Assembly: GCA_036268405.1 (NCBI GenBank)
Contig: DATAUF010000130.1
Span: 5,884-69,883 of the forward strand
From: Mycobacteriales bacterium
GTDB lineage: Bacteria > Actinomycetota > Actinomycetes > JAFAQI01
Length of the DNA stretch: 64,000 bases
Reading direction: 5' to 3'
Part shown: positions 62,060 through 64,000 of the stretch, in pieces
Position numbering within the stretch: the stretch's first letter is position 1
How the letters are laid out: each line of letters begins with the position of its first letter
Program-made: the position numbers and the translations under genes
The notes under the pieces: model-generated
What the model was told of the DNA's origin: nothing
What the model saw: the letters and a program-made list of their open reading frames with translations, nothing else
The model's database searches: none

Positions 62060-62604
62060 GAGGCGCGACCGTACCAGAGCGTGGTGTCGCCATATCGGCG
62101 CGAACGAACCGCCCCGAGGCCTTCCGGCCAGGCCAGCGGCTCACCACGGGTGGCCCGCTCGACGCAGACCGCGGCCGAGGCGGCCAGCCAGCCGTCTCGG
62201 ACCAACCAGGCCAGCACGGTGTCGACCGGGTCGGCGTACGGCGGATCGAGAAACACGACGTCGAAAGGCTGAGCCGCTCCCGCCAGATAACGCTCGACCG
62301 ACGTCGCCACGACCTCCACGCCGGAGATTGCGAGCGCTTGGAGGTTGGCGCGGATCACCTGTGCCGCCTTCGGCTCGCGCTCGACGAGGACGACGGGGCC
62401 GGCACCTCGGCTGGCCGCCTCGAGCCCGACCGCACCGGATCCGGCGTACAGATCCAGGAACGACGATCCGGCCAGCCCCCCGGCAAGTGAGTCGAGGGAC
62501 GAGAAGAGCCCTTCGCGAACCCGGTCCGAGGTAGGACGGGTGCCGCGTCCGGCGGGAGTGGCCAGCCGCCGACCGCCCGACGATCCCGAGATCAGCCGGG
62601 CCAT
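62056..62604 (-). CDS. rsmD: 16S rRNA (guanine966-N2)-methyltransferase
   Basis: RPTSDRVREGLFS and VFLDPPY motifs, in recG-rsmD-coaD order. Confidence 0.88.
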   Translation of the reverse strand: MARLISGSSGGRRLATPAGRGTRPTSDRVREGLFSSLDSLAGGLAGSSFLDLYAGSGAVGLEAASRGAGPVVLVEREPKAAQVIRANLQALAISGVEVVATSVERYLAGAAQPFDVVFLDPPYADPVDTVLAWLVRDGWLAASAAVCVERATRGEPLAWPEGLGAVRSRRYGDTTLWYGRAS

Positions 62605-64000
62605 CAGGCCTTCCCGAGGTAGTCGGCGCGCTGGTCCGCGGACAGCGCCTCTGCCGCCTCCCGTAGCGGCTCATGGTGAGCAAGGGTCGGGTCGACGGAG
62701 ACCAGGGCGACGGCATCCGACCGGGCGCCGATGATCACGTCCTCGTCGCGGAGCAGCCGCAGCAGCTTCAGCTGCGATCGGCGTCCCGACTGCGACTGGC
62801 CCAGCACGTCACCCTCGCGGCGCTGTTCGAGGTCGAGCCGCGCCAGCTCGAAGCCATCCACGGTGGCCGCCACGCCCTCGAGTCGCTCGCGGGCCGGAGC
62901 GCCCGCCTCCGCGCCGGTCACGAGCAGGCACACCCCGGCATGGCCGCCACGTCCGATCCGGCCCCGCAGCTGATGCAGCTGGGAGATGCCGAACCGATCG
63001 GCGTCGAGCACGATCATCGCCGTCGCATTGGGCACGTCGACCCCGACTTCGATGACGGTCGTCGCGACGAGCACGTCGGCTCGCCCGGCCGCGAACCGGC
63101 GCATCACCTCGTCCTTGGCATCGGCCGGCATCCGGCCGTGCAGCATCTCCACCCGAAGCCCGCCGAGTGGCCCGGCGGCCAACATCTCGGCGACGTCAGT
63201 CACCGTCGCCGTGCTGCCCCAGCCCTCCTCCGCAGCGTCGGTCCCGGTGGTTTGAGTCGCGGCGTCGTCCGCATCGATGCGTGGGCAGACGACGTAGACC
63301 TGACGTCCCGCGGCGACCTCCTCACGAGCGCGCTCCCACACCCGCTCGAGCCAGCCCGGCTTGTCCGCGGTCGGAACGACATTGGTCGAGATCGGCTGCC
63401 GGCCGGCGGGCAGCTCGGTCAGCGTCGACGTCTCGAGGTCGCCGAAGACCGTCATCGCGACGGTGCGCGGAATCGGGGTTGCGGTCATCACCAGGACGTG
63501 AGGTGGCGTGTCGGCCTTGCCCCGCAAGACATCGCGCTGCTCCACGCCGAACCGATGCTGCTCGTCGACGACGACGAGGCCGAGGTCGAAGAACTGCACC
63601 GTGTTCTCGAGCAGGGCATGGGTGCCGATGACGATCCCGGCATCACCGATGCCGATGTCGAGCAGCGTCGTACGCCGTGCCGCCGTGCTCATCGAGCCGG
63701 TCACGACGGCAACCTTGGTCGCACCCTCCGCGGCATCGAGCTGGCCACCCCGCCCGAGCGGACCGAGCAACGCGTCAATCGACCGCGCGTGCTGCTGCGC
63801 CAGCACCTCCGTCGGGGCGAGCAACGCCGCCTGGCCCCCGGAGTCGACCACCGCGAGCATCGCCCGCAGCGCGACGACGGTCTTGCCGGAACCGACCTCG
63901 CCTTGCAGCAGGCGGTGCATCGGAACTTCGCGGGAAAGGTCGGCGAGCAGCTGGTCCCCGACCTCCACCTGACCGGCCGTCAGCGTGAACGGCAACGTGG
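62604..64000 (-). CDS. recG: ATP-dependent DNA helicase RecG, C-terminal part (gene continues beyond the right edge)
   Basis: GEVGSGKT, DEQHRFG and later SF2 helicase motifs. The frame is still open at the window end. Confidence 0.9.
   Translation of the reverse strand, partial: TLPFTLTAGQVEVGDQLLADLSREVPMHRLLQGEVGSGKTVVALRAMLAVVDSGGQAALLAPTEVLAQQHARSIDALLGPLGRGGQLDAAEGATKVAVVTGSMSTAARRTTLLDIGIGDAGIVIGTHALLENTVQFFDLGLVVVDEQHRFGVEQRDVLRGKADTPPHVLVMTATPIPRTVAMTVFGDLETSTLTELPAGRQPISTNVVPTADKPGWLERVWERAREEVAAGRQVYVVCPRIDADDAATQTTGTDAAEEGWGSTATVTDVAEMLAAGPLGGLRVEMLHGRMPADAKDEVMRRFAAGRADVLVATTVIEVGVDVPNATAMIVLDADRFGISQLHQLRGRIGRGGHAGVCLLVTGAEAGAPARERLEGVAATVDGFELARLDLEQRREGDVLGQSQSGRRSQLKLLRLLRDEDVIIGARSDAVALVSVDPTLAHHEPLREAAEALSADQRADYLGKA

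Overview
This is a high-GC actinobacterial chromosomal core segment, and nearly every real gene is on the minus strand. From memory, the gene order matches the Mycobacterium tuberculosis Rv2785c-Rv2973c backbone: rpsO-ribF-truB-rbfA-infB-ylxR-nusA-rimP, proS, an Opp/Dpp-type peptide ABC transporter, GNAT-ispG-rip1-dxr, rlmN-cdsA-frr-pyrH-tsf-rpsB, whiG-xerC-dprA-comM-yraN, DUF2469-rnhB-lepB-rplS-trmD-rimM-KH-rpsP, ffh, fadD-like, glnD-amt-glnK-amtB, ftsY-smc, fpg-rnc-rpmF-yceD, coaD-rsmD-recG. Adjacent genes are often translationally coupled through ATGA, GTGA or TAATG overlaps.

I saw no rRNA, tRNA, CRISPR array, transposase, prophage or recognisable defence system, so I cannot honestly claim a clear novel multi-gene system here. 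The only accessory-looking stretch is the slot between dxr and rlmN (about 19.8-27.8 kb). It holds an amine/amino-acid catabolic module, a heavily deleted gabT relic and an unusual secreted protein.

The observations most worth follow-up are:
- an unannotated-looking acyl-carrier-protein-like ORF between rpmF and rnc;
- an ispG whose conserved N-terminus has no ATG/GTG/TTG start;
- two divergent ammonium-channel genes flanking glnK, separated by an 83-nt structured spacer;
- a candidate GlnR operator upstream of amtB;
- a perfect tandem 22-bp repeat in an intergenic promoter region;
- several small or degenerate ORFs.

Most long plus-strand ORFs in the track are antisense shadows typical of high-GC DNA. 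All start refinements were done by hand from the sequence. Family calls rest on remembered motifs and synteny, not on searches.
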